Assembly: GCA_964234715.1 (NCBI GenBank)
Contig: OZ174286.1
DNA length: 64,000 bases
Origin: Podarcis melisellensis
Taxonomy: Eukaryota
Reading direction: 5' to 3' (one strand)
Part shown: positions 25,632-39,746 of the stretch, one piece after another
Position numbering within the stretch: the stretch's first letter is position 1
Layout: each line of letters starts with the position of its first letter
Position numbers and translations under genes: made by a program
Notes under the pieces: model-generated
What the model was told of the DNA's origin: nothing
Seen by the model: only the letters and a program-made list of their open reading frames with translations
Databases searched by the model: none

Positions 25632-25768
25632 CAATGTTGCCCAACCTAGCACCCTCCAGATGTATTACAGTACAACTCCTATCAGTCCCAGCCAGCCCAG
25701 CATACAGCAGAATGGTGGGAACTTGAACCCAAAACATATGGAAGGCACCCGGGTTGGGGAAAGCCAGG
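25632..25768. mobile_element. Degenerate palindromic hAT MITE (relative of 43768 and 58309)
   Basis: cccaacct...ccctccagatgt...tacaactcc...tggtgggaact...cccaaaacatatggaagg...gggttgggg. Confidence 0.65.
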
Positions 25769-26839
25769 TTAAATTATTGGGTCCATCTAACCCAATTTTT
25801 TCTGCACGGACTGGCAATGGCTTCTCAGGATTACATGAAAAGGTTCCTTTAGCATTATCTGCTCCTTTTTATTGGATCTGTGCCACCTTCTGCATTCAAA
25901 GCATGTGATTTGCCACTAAACGAAGATCCTTTCCTCACAAAACATTCTAGACTGCACAGATGTTACAAAAGGGGCGGGGAGAGATACATACTTTTGCTTC
26001 TTTTATCACTCTCTAAGAGCCGTAGATACCTGGGTTAGAGAGGACCACTAGGTCCCCGTAGTTCAAAACCCTTCTCCAAAACAGGAGGAACGCTCTCACC
26101 CCAATCAACCCACAGAATCCAGGTAAGTCTTGCAAGCAGAACTAGTCATGTCTTCATGGAAAATCAATAGGGGAAAGATGGCTTTGGTTGGAAGTCCTGT
26201 TGTTTTACTGAAAGCAGCCACCAGCAACAACTAACACAATTAAGGGTTGTACAATGAGTTACAATGGAAGAGAAATCCAAGTTGCGCCTGTGAAAGTTTT
26301 CATCACTTTTTCAGTTGACACCTTAGAAGTTTTCTTCTTACATATACGTTACAATAATGTATAAGCCAGTAAACATGACTATGTTAAAAATTTACAGGAG
26401 AGAATCGGGTAAGTGCTATTGTGGTACCTAATTGCTAAATCCCAAGCTCCAGATATAGGAGGATTTGCCAGCTTCAGCAATGGCCTAGAAGTGACAGATG
26501 GGAAAGTGACTGCGTATAAGTGTGACAATGGGAAATAATTAAATAATTCAATTCAAATCCAGAAACGGCAGGAGGAACCTGGTGATTCCTCATGGTTTCC
26601 GAGGACACTTTCTGGAGCCTGAAGAGGGCATTAGTGAAGGCAGAGGATGCCCCAAAGAGATTGGATAAGCAGCGGGAATTTGTTTATGCTGCTCAGCCTC
26701 CCCGCCTAACAGCTGATGGGGGGGGCAGTGCAGAAGTAACAGCCGCTTTCCTGTGTGTCTTCCGGCCTCCTGCCAGCGCCAGAGCTTCAATTCTAGTTGT
26801 GGATATTTTTGGAATACAGTATTTTCTATATGGATCGAA

Positions 26840-26955
26840 GAGAGCAGCAGAGAGGGTGTTTAAAGGGTGCTTAGAGGGTCTCCCCACTTTATCCAATTTC
26901 ACTTTTACACACGGGGGCCCAGAACATGACCCCCATGTAAGTGGGGGGATGCCTG
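26840..26955 (-). mobile_element. Tigger-like DNA transposon end just downstream of the exon 11 donor
   Basis: Minus strand TA-CAGGCATCCCCCCACTTACATGGGGGTCATGTTC resembles the terminus of 56753-56978; other end unresolved. Confidence 0.55.
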
Positions 26956-27002
26956 TAGTTAAGACAACAAGCTGCCGCTTCTGATGCTAGACAGGACACT
27001 AC

Positions 27003-27153
27003 CTCCCATGAAGAAAGGCTCTCTATCTTGTGGAGGCGGTGGTGGCAGAGGCGGTGGTGGTCCTCTCCACTGATCCTGGAGGGAGAGTCTTGGGGCTTGA
27101 TTGAAGTTGGTAGGAACAGGTCCAGGGGGATTCTGCTGAAAGTCTGGAGGACC
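27003..27153 (-). CDS. RBM33: RBM33 exon 11 (151 nt): GPPDFQQNPPGPVP...QDREPFFMG(E)
   Basis: attcag|GGT...GGA G|gtagtg; phase 0 to 1; ORF 26959..27174. Confidence 0.93.
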
Positions 27154-29683
27154 CTGAATAATACAAGGGGACACACGGAAGACAAATGGAGGTTAAAATA
27201 ATCCTGAAGCATTTCTTCTATGGCTCATTTATTAGATTAATTTTATTCTTTTATCATCCTTCCGCTCAACAGGGAGCCCAAAGCAATGTACAACATCTCT
27301 AAAATTGAGTACGTACAAAATATTACATGAAATCCTATGAAAACTTCTTACATAGCCTAACTATTGAGAATATTTATTTATTTTATAGGAAAAGATAAAA
27401 ATACCTTTCGGTAATCTGTATACATTGGCAACCCTACTGAGTCATATCTTTCACTGTGGCAGTGAACATGGAACCTAAGCACAATGTCTTTACAATGAAT
27501 TCAAAATGTTTTAATAATCACAGCAGCACCACAGGAATGCCATCTCTTTTCAAGCTTAGTGAAATCCATGCAATTATTGACCTTCTATCCCATTAATCCA
27601 AAAGTCTGAATGTCTACTTTAGAAAATGCTCCTGACATTTATCTCTTTAAACCATGCTATTCTTTGCTATCTATTTAGTACAACCTAAGCAACCAAAATG
27701 AAGCTACTTTAATTTTCTGGATGTCATAAATTGATTCTCTCCCCCCCCCCCCATTTCTGAAGTAAAGAAATCATATTTCCAGAATAACAGGGAATCAACA
27801 TTTCACAAAGCACATAACCCTAAATACTTAAGCATCTGAAGCATTCGTTACAGACAGGATACAGAAAAAATTAACATAGATTTGCCACCCTTGGTTTCAA
27901 ATAAATGCTTCAGACTGATATTCAGCTATTTCACAATCAGCAAAGGAAGGAGCCATTTAAAATTTAAGCTCAGTAATTGATTTTCCCCCTTTTGATTCTA
28001 TGAACGAACATGCCATATCATCTACTAAAAAGACAAGGACCATTTATGACACAAACACCCATTAACTAAATTAGTGGGAAGTAATATTATGTTGTCACAT
28101 CTCTTCTTACAGCACATCAAACAGTCAAGAGTATTCTCAACTCAGCAGTGTTTTCAGGTAAGCATCTAAAAATCAGTATTACCCACAATCAGTATGTTTC
28201 CTTACTATTACCGTACAGGCTTAAAAACAACAACGAAGATTCCTGGACAAATTTAAGGGCTGCAAGGAATAAAGTACAATTAAATCCCACTTAGTGGGGA
28301 AATTGTTCTGCATATGAGTAAGAACTGGACTTTTAGAATTATAGTGCTTAATATGTGTGCCAGCTTTTACTCTGGTTCTGCTACATTTCAAAGAGCCACG
28401 TTCTAAACTGGATGCTGCTACCATTACTGAGCTCGAAGGTGGTATCATCCCCTGCTCTGAAATCTACACTTCTGTTCCCGTGCTTAGCTGCCCTTTATAA
28501 ATGTATGCATACAACTGTCCATAAATTAGTCCTGTTAGCCCAACTACAATTTTTCATTTTATGGTTGGGGGGGGGGCTACATTTTTTAGTCAACGAAACA
28601 CAAACTTGAGTTGCAGAAAAACAGGCTTCTACTACCTACACACATACACAGGTCTCTCATGCGCTAATCATTTATTTACTTGCACCATTAAATCTTCTAC
28701 TATCTCTTTCTGAAAACCTGAAGCACCGTATACACCACTAGGAACTCTGCAGCAGACATTAGCTACAGATGTGTTGCATTAATAGGGGGAAAATACAAGT
28801 ACAGTACAATTCTGTGGACTGTGAAACATTTAAGTGGCCTTGGGTCCATGGTTATACCATGCACAATTCTACAGTCACAGTTAAGGACACCGACAAATAT
28901 AATATCAAAATAGCCTACTTCTTTCAGAATCTGAACCAAAGTTCTTTGATAGATATTTAACTGCTAACGTTTTACACTCCTGTTAAATTTAGAAGTCAGA
29001 ATGCTATTTTTTGTGCTCAGCAACATATGTACCACAAAGAAAACAAGCATACGGGAAACATAATAAATTCTGATATGCACAGTAGTTTCCGTGCCCTCAC
29101 ATAGGCAGTTTCAAAGAGCCACAAGATGCTAAAAGTAACATTCATTTGTAAGCGGATAAAATTGATCTTGATTTTTTACATGGCCTAAATCGTAACACTG
29201 CAAGAATGTGCTTTGGGATAATGCATTTTGGGCATTTGCTGCCGTTTGTTTGTCTCTTTGTTTTTTTCCCAAACCCACCAAGTAAACTGAAGAGGGTCAT
29301 GGCTTTGCAGAATATATATAGTTGTGATCTTAACCAGGGAGAGAGCCAGATACTCCCCAAACTGCTGCTACCCCACCCCACTCCCATCAAAAGCACAGTC
29401 CAGCTGCACAATCCACAGGTCTGGCTTTCTGGACTAAGAGTTCAGAACATTACATTCAACAGTGTTTGCTACATGATATTCACTTAGAAAACTTTAGAGC
29501 TTGAAGGCTGCAAGCATCTTATGCTCATTTAAACAGTGGCTCATTTCAAAGCATCTGACATTTTATAGTAAAAGGATTTATAGATTTCCACACACTAGTA
29601 TTTAAAAGGCCTCACTTTACTGCCTTGGGTTCCATAATGGAAAATAGCCAGGATATAAATGTAATGAAATAAATAAAAGCATA

Positions 29684-30051
29684 AAAAGGTAAAGGACCCT
29701 TGACAGTTAAGTCCAGTCACGAATGAATGACTCTGGGGTTGCGGCGCTCATCTCGCTTTACTGGCTGAGGGAGTCGACGTTTGTCCACAGACAGTTTTTC
29801 TGGGTCATGTGGCCAGCATGACTAAGCCGCTTCTGGTGAAACCAGAACAGCGCATAGAAACGCCGTTTACCTTCCTGCCGGAGCAGTACCTATTTATCTA
29901 CTTGCACTTTGACGTGCTTTCGATCTGCTAGGTTGGCAGGAGCTGGGACCGAACAATGGGAACTCACCCTGTCACGGGGATTTGAACCTCTGACCTTCCG
30001 ATTGGCAAGCTCTAGGCTTAGTGGTTTAGACCACAGCGCCACCCACATCCC
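29684..30051 (-). mobile_element. Full-length Sauria SINE (Squam1/POMSINE-like)
   Basis: Minus-strand tRNA-like head gggatgtgggtggcgctgtggtctaaaccac...ggttcaaatccc; typical body; (ACCTTT)n tail; 13-bp TSD aa(a/g)taaaagcata at 29671-29683 and 30052-30064. Confidence 0.92.
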
Positions 30052-32225
30052 AAGTAAAAGCATATACAGTCTCAGTCATCCTTAAACCGGCCCTGCAAAG
30101 TAGATTAGTTTGTCCCCATACTGTAAGTGGGTCGGCTACAACAAGATATGGTAGATTGCCTAAGGCTATGTAGTGAGTTTATGGCAGAGGCAAAGTTTGC
30201 CAGACAAATCAGACCTAGAGCTTAATCCCATAGCCACAAACTGTCTATACATAATAGCTTTCAAACCCTGAAGTTGTGAAATTAGGGCTGTCACCTTATT
30301 AGCTGATTGGTTGAGGCTTTTTAAATAGATTAAATCTGTTTATGAATGAATCAATAATTTATTGCGGACGGGAAGCACATATTTTAGTTGATACATGTAG
30401 TGATTAGAGCAGGCATCATCCCAGAAGAGGCACAAAGAAGAAGTGTGGTTTTTGTATAAATGTGAATTCTTAATAATCCGTGTGTATTGTCCAACTGATC
30501 AGGGACAACATTTCAGTCAATCAAAGAGTTTATTGTTGCTTAAGAACTGACTAGAATCTGAAGCCTTGCGTGACATTTAATAATGCCAGCCTTTGCCTAT
30601 CACTAATTAGATGTTGCAAGTTATGGCTAACCAATGCCTATAAAAACGATTCATCAAGCATTGTTCAGCCATTCTTCTTTGGATATGTACTTCCATTATG
30701 CATCATATCACAGGCTGAACCAGAATGTTATTGATTACTTTTGCAAAACCTCAGCACTAGGTAACTTCTGTCTACAGTCTGTTATAGAGATCTGAATGGC
30801 TCATTGAGCATGACTTCCACATACGCAGGCAATCCTACTTTCTGAAAGAACATGAGATAAGGTTACCCTAATCCTGTCACAGAATTACACTATTTTGCTT
30901 TCCTTTTTATCCTCTCAAATATCCCCCCTAGTTAAGAAATTAACATTCTCTCTCATACAATTCTTACAGAAATTGTACTTTTACTTTTCGGCATCTCTTG
31001 TTAATTACATGATGTTATCTGTTATAATCTATTCATGAACCACAGATAACTTTGGCTACCAATAAAAGAGAAAACTTAGCATAAATTGCTTAGCACAAAG
31101 TTAATCTTATAAAGCAAGGCATAAAGAGGATCTAACAGCTATTATATGACTTATCAGCTTTCCTAAAAGGGTCACTCTATACTTTTTTTCAAAGAGACTA
31201 ATTAAATACCTTAACAATGTCATTGAAACTTCACGAATCTTTCAATAAATTACACCCTGTCTCTACAACATGTTTTCATTTATTAATCTCACTTAACATG
31301 CAAAGAGGCTAGAAGAATGCCACTGACACCAAAGTAGGGATACTCTGTTAATTCTTATTAAAAATTGTATAAATGCAAAGAATCAGTGACTATAACCTAT
31401 GACATGATTAAAACTATAGCTATCTGTCACAAAATGTTAATCCTCTTACTTTAGCATCCACTGGACTTTGGCTTTTCTTGGGTAAATGACCTTAGTTCAA
31501 TTCAATCACCACAGGATAAGATGCACGCAGAAATGTAACATGCAGATCCCTTCAATGTATGGCTCCACACAGCCATCATGTTCTCAGAAAAACCACCATG
31601 CCCAAATGCATGGTGGCTTTGGGCTTCATGATAAGCTTAATTTTTTTAATTTACTGAGTTCTGCACCAATTAAATGCATGCAAAAAGGAAGCAGGGTCCA
31701 GTCTCTGGTTCTTATACCCAAGGGTGACTTACTGTATGTGGAGAAAGAAGTATTTTAAAGTAGGTGAAATTCTAGATTGCTTTTTGGGATGACAAGCATT
31801 CCCATCTCTGGAGGGGAAATGACTAAAACCAATCACCTTCAGAGATGCCATCTGAAGATTTGGCGCATGGAGTCACTAATATTTAGATGAATTTGAGCTC
31901 TGTCTTTCCACACAAACTGAATCAGGGGAGGTTGTACAAGTGCTGGATTCTGGAGGCAGTGATGCGCTGGAGAAAGCCTAATAAACTGAGGCTGAATCCT
32001 AACAAGACTGTGGGTAAGATGGCTTTGGGGTCTTAGAAGACCCAAAACCGAGATGGAGGGAAGTCAACCGTTATTTGTTGTTAATTAATGTTTGTCTTCT
32101 GGTTTGTTCATGTGTTTTGTTTTGGTTGATGTTGTCTTTTTTCTTTGGTGTGTGTTGTTTGTTTTTGTTTTTTTGTGGTTTGGTTATAGAAAATGAATAA
32201 AAAGAAGTTAAAAAAAAAAAGAATA

Positions 32226-32530
32226 CCTGGGGCCCAGTATACCTGAAGGAGCGTCTCCACACCCATCGTTCTGCCCGGATGCTGAGGCCAAGGGCCTTTT
32301 GGCGGTTCCCTCATTGCGAGAAGCAAAGCTACAGGGAACCAGGCAGAGGGCCTTCTCGGTAGTGGCACCCGCCCTGTGGAACGCCCTCCCATCAGATGTC
32401 AAAGCGATAAACAACTACCTGACATTCAGAAGACATCTTAAGGCAGCCCTGTTCAGGGAAGTTTTAATGTGTGGCATCTTAGTATATTTTTGGTCTCTGT
32501 GGAAGCCGCCCAGAGTGGCTGGGGAAACCA
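32226..32530 (+). mobile_element. L2 LINE 3' fragment (ORF2 C-terminus plus 3' UTR)
   Basis: ORF 32299..32550 RAFSVVAPALWNALP...FRRHLKAALF is the typical L2 ORF2 C-terminal motif. Confidence 0.85.
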
Positions 32531-35500
32531 TTTGTTACCCGGAGCAGTAAAATGGGAACACATTACACTAATCCTGAGCACACTGCAGTGTTGGTACTAA
32601 TGCACAAAGCTTCATACCCTTCATGAGTATGGCCTGTGAGGGGCGACAATCCATCAGGCAAGGCCTCCTTCCACCTGCTCTACCCTCGTCTCTGCTTCTC
32701 AATTTGTATTGTATTATTTTATGTACTGTGGCTTGCCATTGTTTTATTGACTATAGTTTAGAAATTATTTATTGTAACTGTTGAGTGGATTTCTGTTTAA
32801 CTTCTATATGTTGTTATTATTTAATACTATTCTAATGTTTGTTGAATATTACTTTTTTGATGTAGGTTGCCAAGTTTTATTATCATATTTTTGTATTGTA
32901 TTAGATTGCTATAAAATGTACATTTTTTGTTTCTTTAGCTTGTAAACCGCCTTGAGCATTGTAAGATAGAAAGACGGTATACAAATTTAAAAAAACAAAA
33001 AACTATATGGCCCGGGGGAAACTACATGAAGCTAGGCCTCCCCCAATGGCTAGTTGTCCCCAATATTGTTTTACTTCTGTGAGAGATTAAGACCTGTTTT
33101 TGCAAGCCTTTGGAGTATAGTATGAGAGGCCCTACTGTATATTACTGTTATACGGTACTGTACATTGTATTTTATTGTAGAGTTGTGGTTTTAACTTGGA
33201 GGAGGTGAGTATAAGGAGGTTAAAAAACTGGAACTGGCTATAACTTTTAAAATTATTACAATGCAATAATAAATGAAGAATTAACACTTCAGCTATGTAT
33301 TTTTAAGAAATGTTTCTGAAGTTGGGCACTTTTTTGTGTTGCGTTAAAGGAATACTGTTAGCCATTCTGGGCTCGTGTGATAGGAAGAAATAAAATATTA
33401 ATACCAGCACACATTTTTGCTGGAACTGTGCATCTGGGGAAATGGAAAGATTATATATTAGGCCTCAATAGAATTTGAAACCAGGGGGTTTTTTTTGGAT
33501 GGTGGAAGGGAACAAGAGAACAGAAAATATACTTCTATTCAGAATTCACCAAGCACAATGTTGTGTCTCTTCTTTTGTTTCCAGCACTTCTTACTCATAA
33601 GGTATATTACTTCCAAATATGGAGGCTCTCAGGGCAAATATCCACTAAAAGATATCCTACATAAATTTGTATTCTTTTTTAAAGGCATCTTATAGCAATA
33701 ATAGTGGTAGTAGCAGTAGTAGTCGTGGTAATGCTTCCTGTTTCACTGTACAAGAAATTTGTACATGAATCATTACCCTTAGTAGTTTAGGGTCCTGCAC
33801 TGTTCCTGCTTAAATTCTATTTAAAACACACACACACAAAAATCCACAAGCTAAACATGCCTGTTCACAACATCCTGTTCCATACTGAACTACATGTTTC
33901 CTCAGATCATTAGCAAACATTCCTGCATACTGAAAGCAAAGATCCCCCCCCCCCGCAAAAAAAAATGCATGGTATATTACGGGATCTTGATCATCAGGGA
34001 CCCCTGATATATTCCTGGGGAGGTTTATAATCCACCCCCAGCTCCTGACTATTTTAGACGCACTGTAGATTGAAGGGCAAAAGTGAGGTCACATTTATTT
34101 CAACACTTCTGTAGCATAGCGCTTTTGTGAATTCTGATGTTCTGGGATTTGTTTTTGTGTGTGTGTTTGTAACGGTTGCATCTGTCACGTGAAAGAGTGG
34201 ACAACTGTTAATTCAGCTTCATTTTACCGTTTGTAAGATCAATAAACTGTGGAAAAAACACAACAAGGGAAAGGGTTGCTTCATTTTAGAAGTCTTCTTT
34301 GCCGCTCTTGTTTAATAGCTGTTACCATCATATTTAGCTTCTGCTGCTCCTCCTGCAGATGGGAATTCACTGATATGATTAAATTTGATGGTATGATAAT
34401 GTATGGTAATAGTGATTAATCAGAAGCCCACTAGCAAATGGAGGGTGTTTGTTATTATGTCACCTGCATTTTAAATTGCATTTTCCCTCTGCCAGCCTGA
34501 CACTGTTTGACAGCGTATAGAGTGGGGGGGGGGTTGGAAATCTTGCACTACATCTGCTTGCTACTACTTATAGATTTGATAAGAGAAAACACTCATCACT
34601 CTGTCACTATTGTAAGTGTTGCAATTATAGGGCTGCGCAGACGAGTTGTGAAAATGGCAAGTCCTCATAAGGAAAGCTTGCCAGTAGATGCTGAGGAAGC
34701 TCAGTTGCACATCTGTAGGGGCTATAATAGGAGAGAAATGTAAATTGATTCAGCAGTCTCATTCAAACATGATTTGCATGAAATGCTGTATAAAGCTCTA
34801 TCCAAGAAATGTCAATCATGACCACCTGATACCTTGTATCATGTTAAAAAGAAAACAAAATGCTTTCCAGACTATGTGGGATTCGCCACCGCTGCTGCAC
34901 AGTAATAGAGTGAAAATTTCATTTACTGCTGCTCTTCTAACAGCACCGCCATAGCAAAAGCACAATCACTGTTGCAGTAGCGCAGAAGGGGTGTTCCCCC
35001 CCAATGCCATTTGATATCTAACGTCTAAACAAATATTATTGCTACAATCACATAATCCGTAATCTCTCAAATGCTCAAAATAATGTCGGTCACAAGACAC
35101 TCTTGAAAATGTACTTATTATAAAGACCTATTCACAAATGATATTTTATCGGAACATCTGTATGTGTAAAACAGCACCCCCCAATCCTGTACTCTCCAGA
35201 TGTTTTGTACTGCAACTCTCATCCACCCCAGTCAACACAGCTGCATACTGAGCCAAATACAGGCTTGGCTCTTGGCTTCTATAATGTGTGGAAAAGGTTC
35301 TTAGACAACTGAAAAAGCAAGCCCCTCAACCACTAGAATGAATGATTTATTAATTCTGTGGTCTTTCCCAAGAGGAATTTATCTTGATCAACCATTTCTA
35401 AAGGGGCTAGGGAGGAACATACTGCTAGTCATTTTGGATAAGGTCAAGAACTTCTTGTTTTATTATACTACAAGAATTAAAGGTGACATAGAAGAAAAAA

Positions 35501-37369
35501 CCCTAATTTAAACAACTATGTAAACATATGCTTATATAATGTAACGAAGAGACACATATGTGGCACTGGGAATGCAAACATGTAAAAAACAAAACAGTAT
35601 TGAAATATGAACAATTTACATAATTTCTGTGAGTTGCAGTAACTTGGGCTTTCTAAAATTTTCTAAATGCACTGAAAGGAGTTAGTGTCAGAACTGTGCT
35701 CATAGAGTTTGAAAGAAACTTCTACCAGTCTGAAGCACACTTCCAATTGGCTGGCCACTATGACATGTTATCCAAAATTACCGTAACAGATCATTGTTAT
35801 GGACCCAATTCAGGAGATCATCTAAGCTGCAGAAGAAATCCTCTAAGCTATGTCCTGAGGCTCCCTTTCTGTGGAATGAAGAAGGAAAGCTTCTACTCTC
35901 ATTTTTGAAGAAGAACTGCAATTCTGTATTATGTATGAATTCAGGGAGCTGTTATTTATTCTAACGAAAGACGGTCCACAAACCGGGTGGGACGGGACTA
36001 CAATTTCATGAGAGAAGCATGGAATCCTGACTTCCAAACTAGTAAGCTATTTGCTACTAGAATTCAATCCATAATTGACTGGCTACAGAAAGGCAGGACT
36101 TTTTTTCTACTTTTCTTCAGTTTAGGCTCAGTAATGATGCTGTTTTACTCCTCCCTCTCCCCTCAACTTCTGGCAGCAGGGCATGGCAGGAATAGCAAAA
36201 TGGCAGCCTACAGATTAAGGCTGGCCTCTCAAGCACCTTCTGGCCTCCAAAGGACCTACCAAATGTGTGATTAAACAACACATTCTACTAGTTTTACAAT
36301 GTCACCTGCAATCTGGAAAACCAAAAATCACCATATCACCAGCCTGACGTTTCAGGAGATCTTTCAGGAACTACATTCGTTCCGCAGCACTTGTTTCCTC
36401 TCAGTAACATCGTATCAGCAAAGCTCATGTGCTCTGCATCTGAATACCCTACAAGGCAATGCCAACTCAATTATAGAACTGGATCGTCTATGGGTCACTG
36501 TTTGCACCTCTGAACAAAATACGAGCAGCAACCGAGAATATGGACTAGTCATCCTTGGTCCCCCACAATAATTTATTCTATAGGCATTATCCAGTTCATC
36601 TAATAATGGCTACACATATATTATACTCTTTTTTTAAAAAAAAAAAACTTTCAAGTTTTGTTGACTGGCATTATCTACAACTTGAGTGTTTTTCAGAATG
36701 AAATGTGACTGATGTGTAACAGCTATCAAGTTCCTATTTCAAATGAGCAGTTGCTCTATGAAAACCTTGCCTTAGTTTGGTAAAAAGTAAGGCTGTCTCA
36801 TTCCTCATATGCATCCATTTTCTGTAAAATTAGATGAATGAAAATACTTCAACCACAGGATTCAAAGCATTTTTGGCATGATGTAATACAGGTTTATGCA
36901 GTAATTGCAATGACTATTAGAAATCTCTCAGAGAAAAAACAGAGACAGTAATTGATTATGTAAGGAAAAATAATCATCCTATTAAAAGACCATGGATGGT
37001 AGAAATCCACTCTCACATTTTGAAGCGTACATTTTCTACGTGCAACTAATTTTTTGTCTTAGAATCTACGGTCAAGCAGACAGGCTGTGTGTATATTAAC
37101 AATTATTTTATAGCTAGTTTTCCTAAAGCTTCTTTAACTATTCAAAGGGAACTTGAAACACGTGGTCCTTCCACAGTCTGGAATACCCATCTGGGAATTT
37201 AAGAGCATAGAATCAACAATACACAACTGACACCCAGCAAGATCTCTCCCTACCATCATAACCAGGAAAGATTGTGCAAATGCAGTACAGCAGGCAGGGA
37301 TGTACTGGGCGAATCAATAAACTGACTTCCTGGCATTATGTGAATGGCTGGTTCTTGGATCCATTAATT

Positions 37370-37620
37370 AGTAGCCAGTCAATTCAGGATGGAGTAGCAG
37401 TCCCCATGAAAGAAGAGGTGTGCAGTCTAGGGATACTCCAAGATACCAAGCCATCACTGGAGGCCCAAGTGGTCACAGTGGTGAGTGAGCTTCAGCTATT
37501 GCACTACCTTCAACCATTCTTGGATCAGGACAACCTTGATACTATAGCCCACATTATTCAGTAATCCAAACTGGTTGGATTATCAATGTGCTCTACATGG
37601 GGATATCCCTGAAAATGGCA
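37370..37620 (+). mobile_element. Degraded L2 ORF2 fragment
   Basis: DGVAVPMKEEVCSLGILQDTKPSLEAQV resembles the post-RT segment of L2 ORF2. Confidence 0.7.
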
Positions 37621-38216
37621 AGGAATGGCAAGGTGGGATTATATGACATTGATCCTGAGGAGTAAGAAGAAGAACTGATGTCAGAGAAGTAAATCAATCA
37701 AGGAGAAAGAGAAAGTGTATTTTAGAAGCCAAAAAATAAGAAAAGAATTAGCCAGTGTCAACTCAACATGTGCTATTAAATGCTTAAAATAAGTACAAAA
37801 CTAGTACAGAGATCTTTATATTTTCCAAGCACAACACATTTTAATTATTTTTTATTAAATTAACATTAAATTAGACCTTTTTATTAAATTAGCATTCCTC
37901 CTATTTGTATTGAAAAAGACTGTAATGAACAGGAAAGTCGTTTTTTAAAAAAAAAAATCATTGCGCTTTTCTGTTTTAACACTCCCCATTGGAGAGAGTG
38001 GCTCGACAATTTTACAATTAAACAAAATTAATTCTGCTCTCAGAAATTCATTGATCTTAAGCTTCTAACAAACATTTTCTACTGCACAGATCATTGTCAA
38101 TATTTACAAAACCTTAAAATTATATTTCACTGGCACCGCTTTTATTTGCCATATTAATATTTCTTTGCAAATGTATGCTTATCCATATCAGAGGAGAAAA
38201 AACAGCTGCTACTCAC

Positions 38217-38275
38217 AGGAAATCTCTGGGGTCCTACAGCAGGTCTTGGCTGGTTTGGGACTGGCAGCAAGGGCA
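38217..38275 (-). CDS. RBM33: RBM33 exon 10 (59 nt): (V)PLLPVPNQPRPAVGPQRFP
   Basis: ttttag|TG CCC...TTT CCT|gtgagt; phase 1 to 0. Confidence 0.95.
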
Positions 38276-38602
38276 CTAAAAACAAGGAGCACACCTTTTA
38301 AATCAATTTGTTTTAGCCAAGACTCTAGGCCATTTTTATAAGCAGTCATATTCATAGACAGCTGCTTCCCCGTTCTTCCAAATAGCTGCAGGCAGGAAAA
38401 ATTTACTAAGAGCATTCAACAGGGCAATTGGGATTCAGCTAGCAAAGGCAACACACGAATTTTGTACAATTAAACAATATATATGTGAATGATCAATTAT
38501 AAAGTTAACTTGTCATGTTGGTTCTGAAGTAGGTGTTACCCAACGACTGGACTCAAAAGATCACAAATAAAACAAATTGGTACTACTTCCAGGTATCAGG
38601 TA

Positions 38603-38827
38603 CAGTCATATCTCTGGTTGCAAACGTGATCCGTGCAGGAGGCACGTTCGCAACCCACAGCGTTTGTAGCCTGAAGCACCACGTCTGTGCATGCGTGTGA
38701 CACAATTCAGAGCTTCTGCACATGCGCGTGACGTCATTTTGTGCTTCTGTGCATGTGCGAGCACCAAAACCTGGTCCGCAACCCGAAAACGCACAACCCA
38801 CAGCATTCGTAACCCGAGGTATGACTG
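38603..38827. mobile_element. Tc1/mariner MITE, family B
   Basis: TA-CAGTCATATCTCTGGTTG...AACCCGAGGTATGACTG-TA. Confidence 0.88.
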
Positions 38828-39008
38828 TATTCAAAGAATCTAGATGATTTTGTAGTTCAAATACTGGAATGAATGGAAGGAGTGAAGCATGCTGACATTT
38901 TAAAGTCAGCATTCAATACACACACACTTGCTGGACTTGCCTGAATTAAAAATGTTTTCATTTAATGGAAATATTCTCTATACGCTGGCAGTAAACAACA
39001 AGGCAGTA

Positions 39009-39244
39009 CAGTTGTACCCTGGATCTTGAACGCCTTGGCTCCCGAACAAACCGGCTCCCAAATGATCGAAACCCGGAAGTGAGTGTTCCAATTTTCGAGC
39101 TTTCTTTTGGAAGTCGAACATCCGACGGGGCCTCTGATTGGCTGCAGGAGCTTCCTTCCTGCAGCCAATCAGAAGCCACGCTTTAGTTTTGGAAGTCAAT
39201 CAAACTTCAAGAACGGATTCCAATCAACTTTCAAGGTACGACTG
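39009..39244. mobile_element. Tc1/mariner MITE, family D
   Basis: TA-CAGTTGTACCCTGGA...TTCAAGGTACGACTG-TA; internal palindrome tctgattggctgcagga / tcctgcagccaatcaga. Confidence 0.85.
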
Positions 39245-39523
39245 TATATATATATGTCTGACTAGACAACTTTCCCCTACTTCAGCAATACCCCAACCCT
39301 TTCATACAAGCACACCTCTGCATAAATGAAGGCAGTAAAACAGCAGTACATGCAGAATAATCACAGAATTTTATTCTGTGAACCACCCTGAGACCCCCGG
39401 GTATAGGGCAGTATATAAATTATCATCATCATCACATGTGAATTGTACTTATAGAACTGGAGGGGGCTGCTCCAGGACAAAATTATAGGCTGTTTATAGT
39501 GTTGCTTTCTGACAAAATCTCAC

Positions 39524-39707
39524 CTTGCACAGGTGTTACTACAGTTCCTTTGAAGTGTGGGTTTATATGTATGTTTTTTGGCTGCTGAGATGTCACTGGA
39601 GGAGGATTCATCAGCATTCTTGGTGCTTCTAGCTGGGGTGGCATATGCATCCCTTGAGGCGGAGGTGGTGTATGAAGCTGAGGGGGAATGGGTAACAGAC
39701 CCTGCAA

Positions 39708-39746
<39 letters not shown>

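Noticed and set aside
29960-30051. tRNA-like A/B boxes (also at 10753, 48475 and 56677)
   Set aside because: SINE heads without a complete cloverleaf; not tRNA genes.
32299-32550. Protein-like ORFs at 32299, 37274, 46168 and 47465
   Set aside because: Dead L2/CR1 ORF2 fragments, not host genes; no intact reverse transcriptase or transposase is present in the window.
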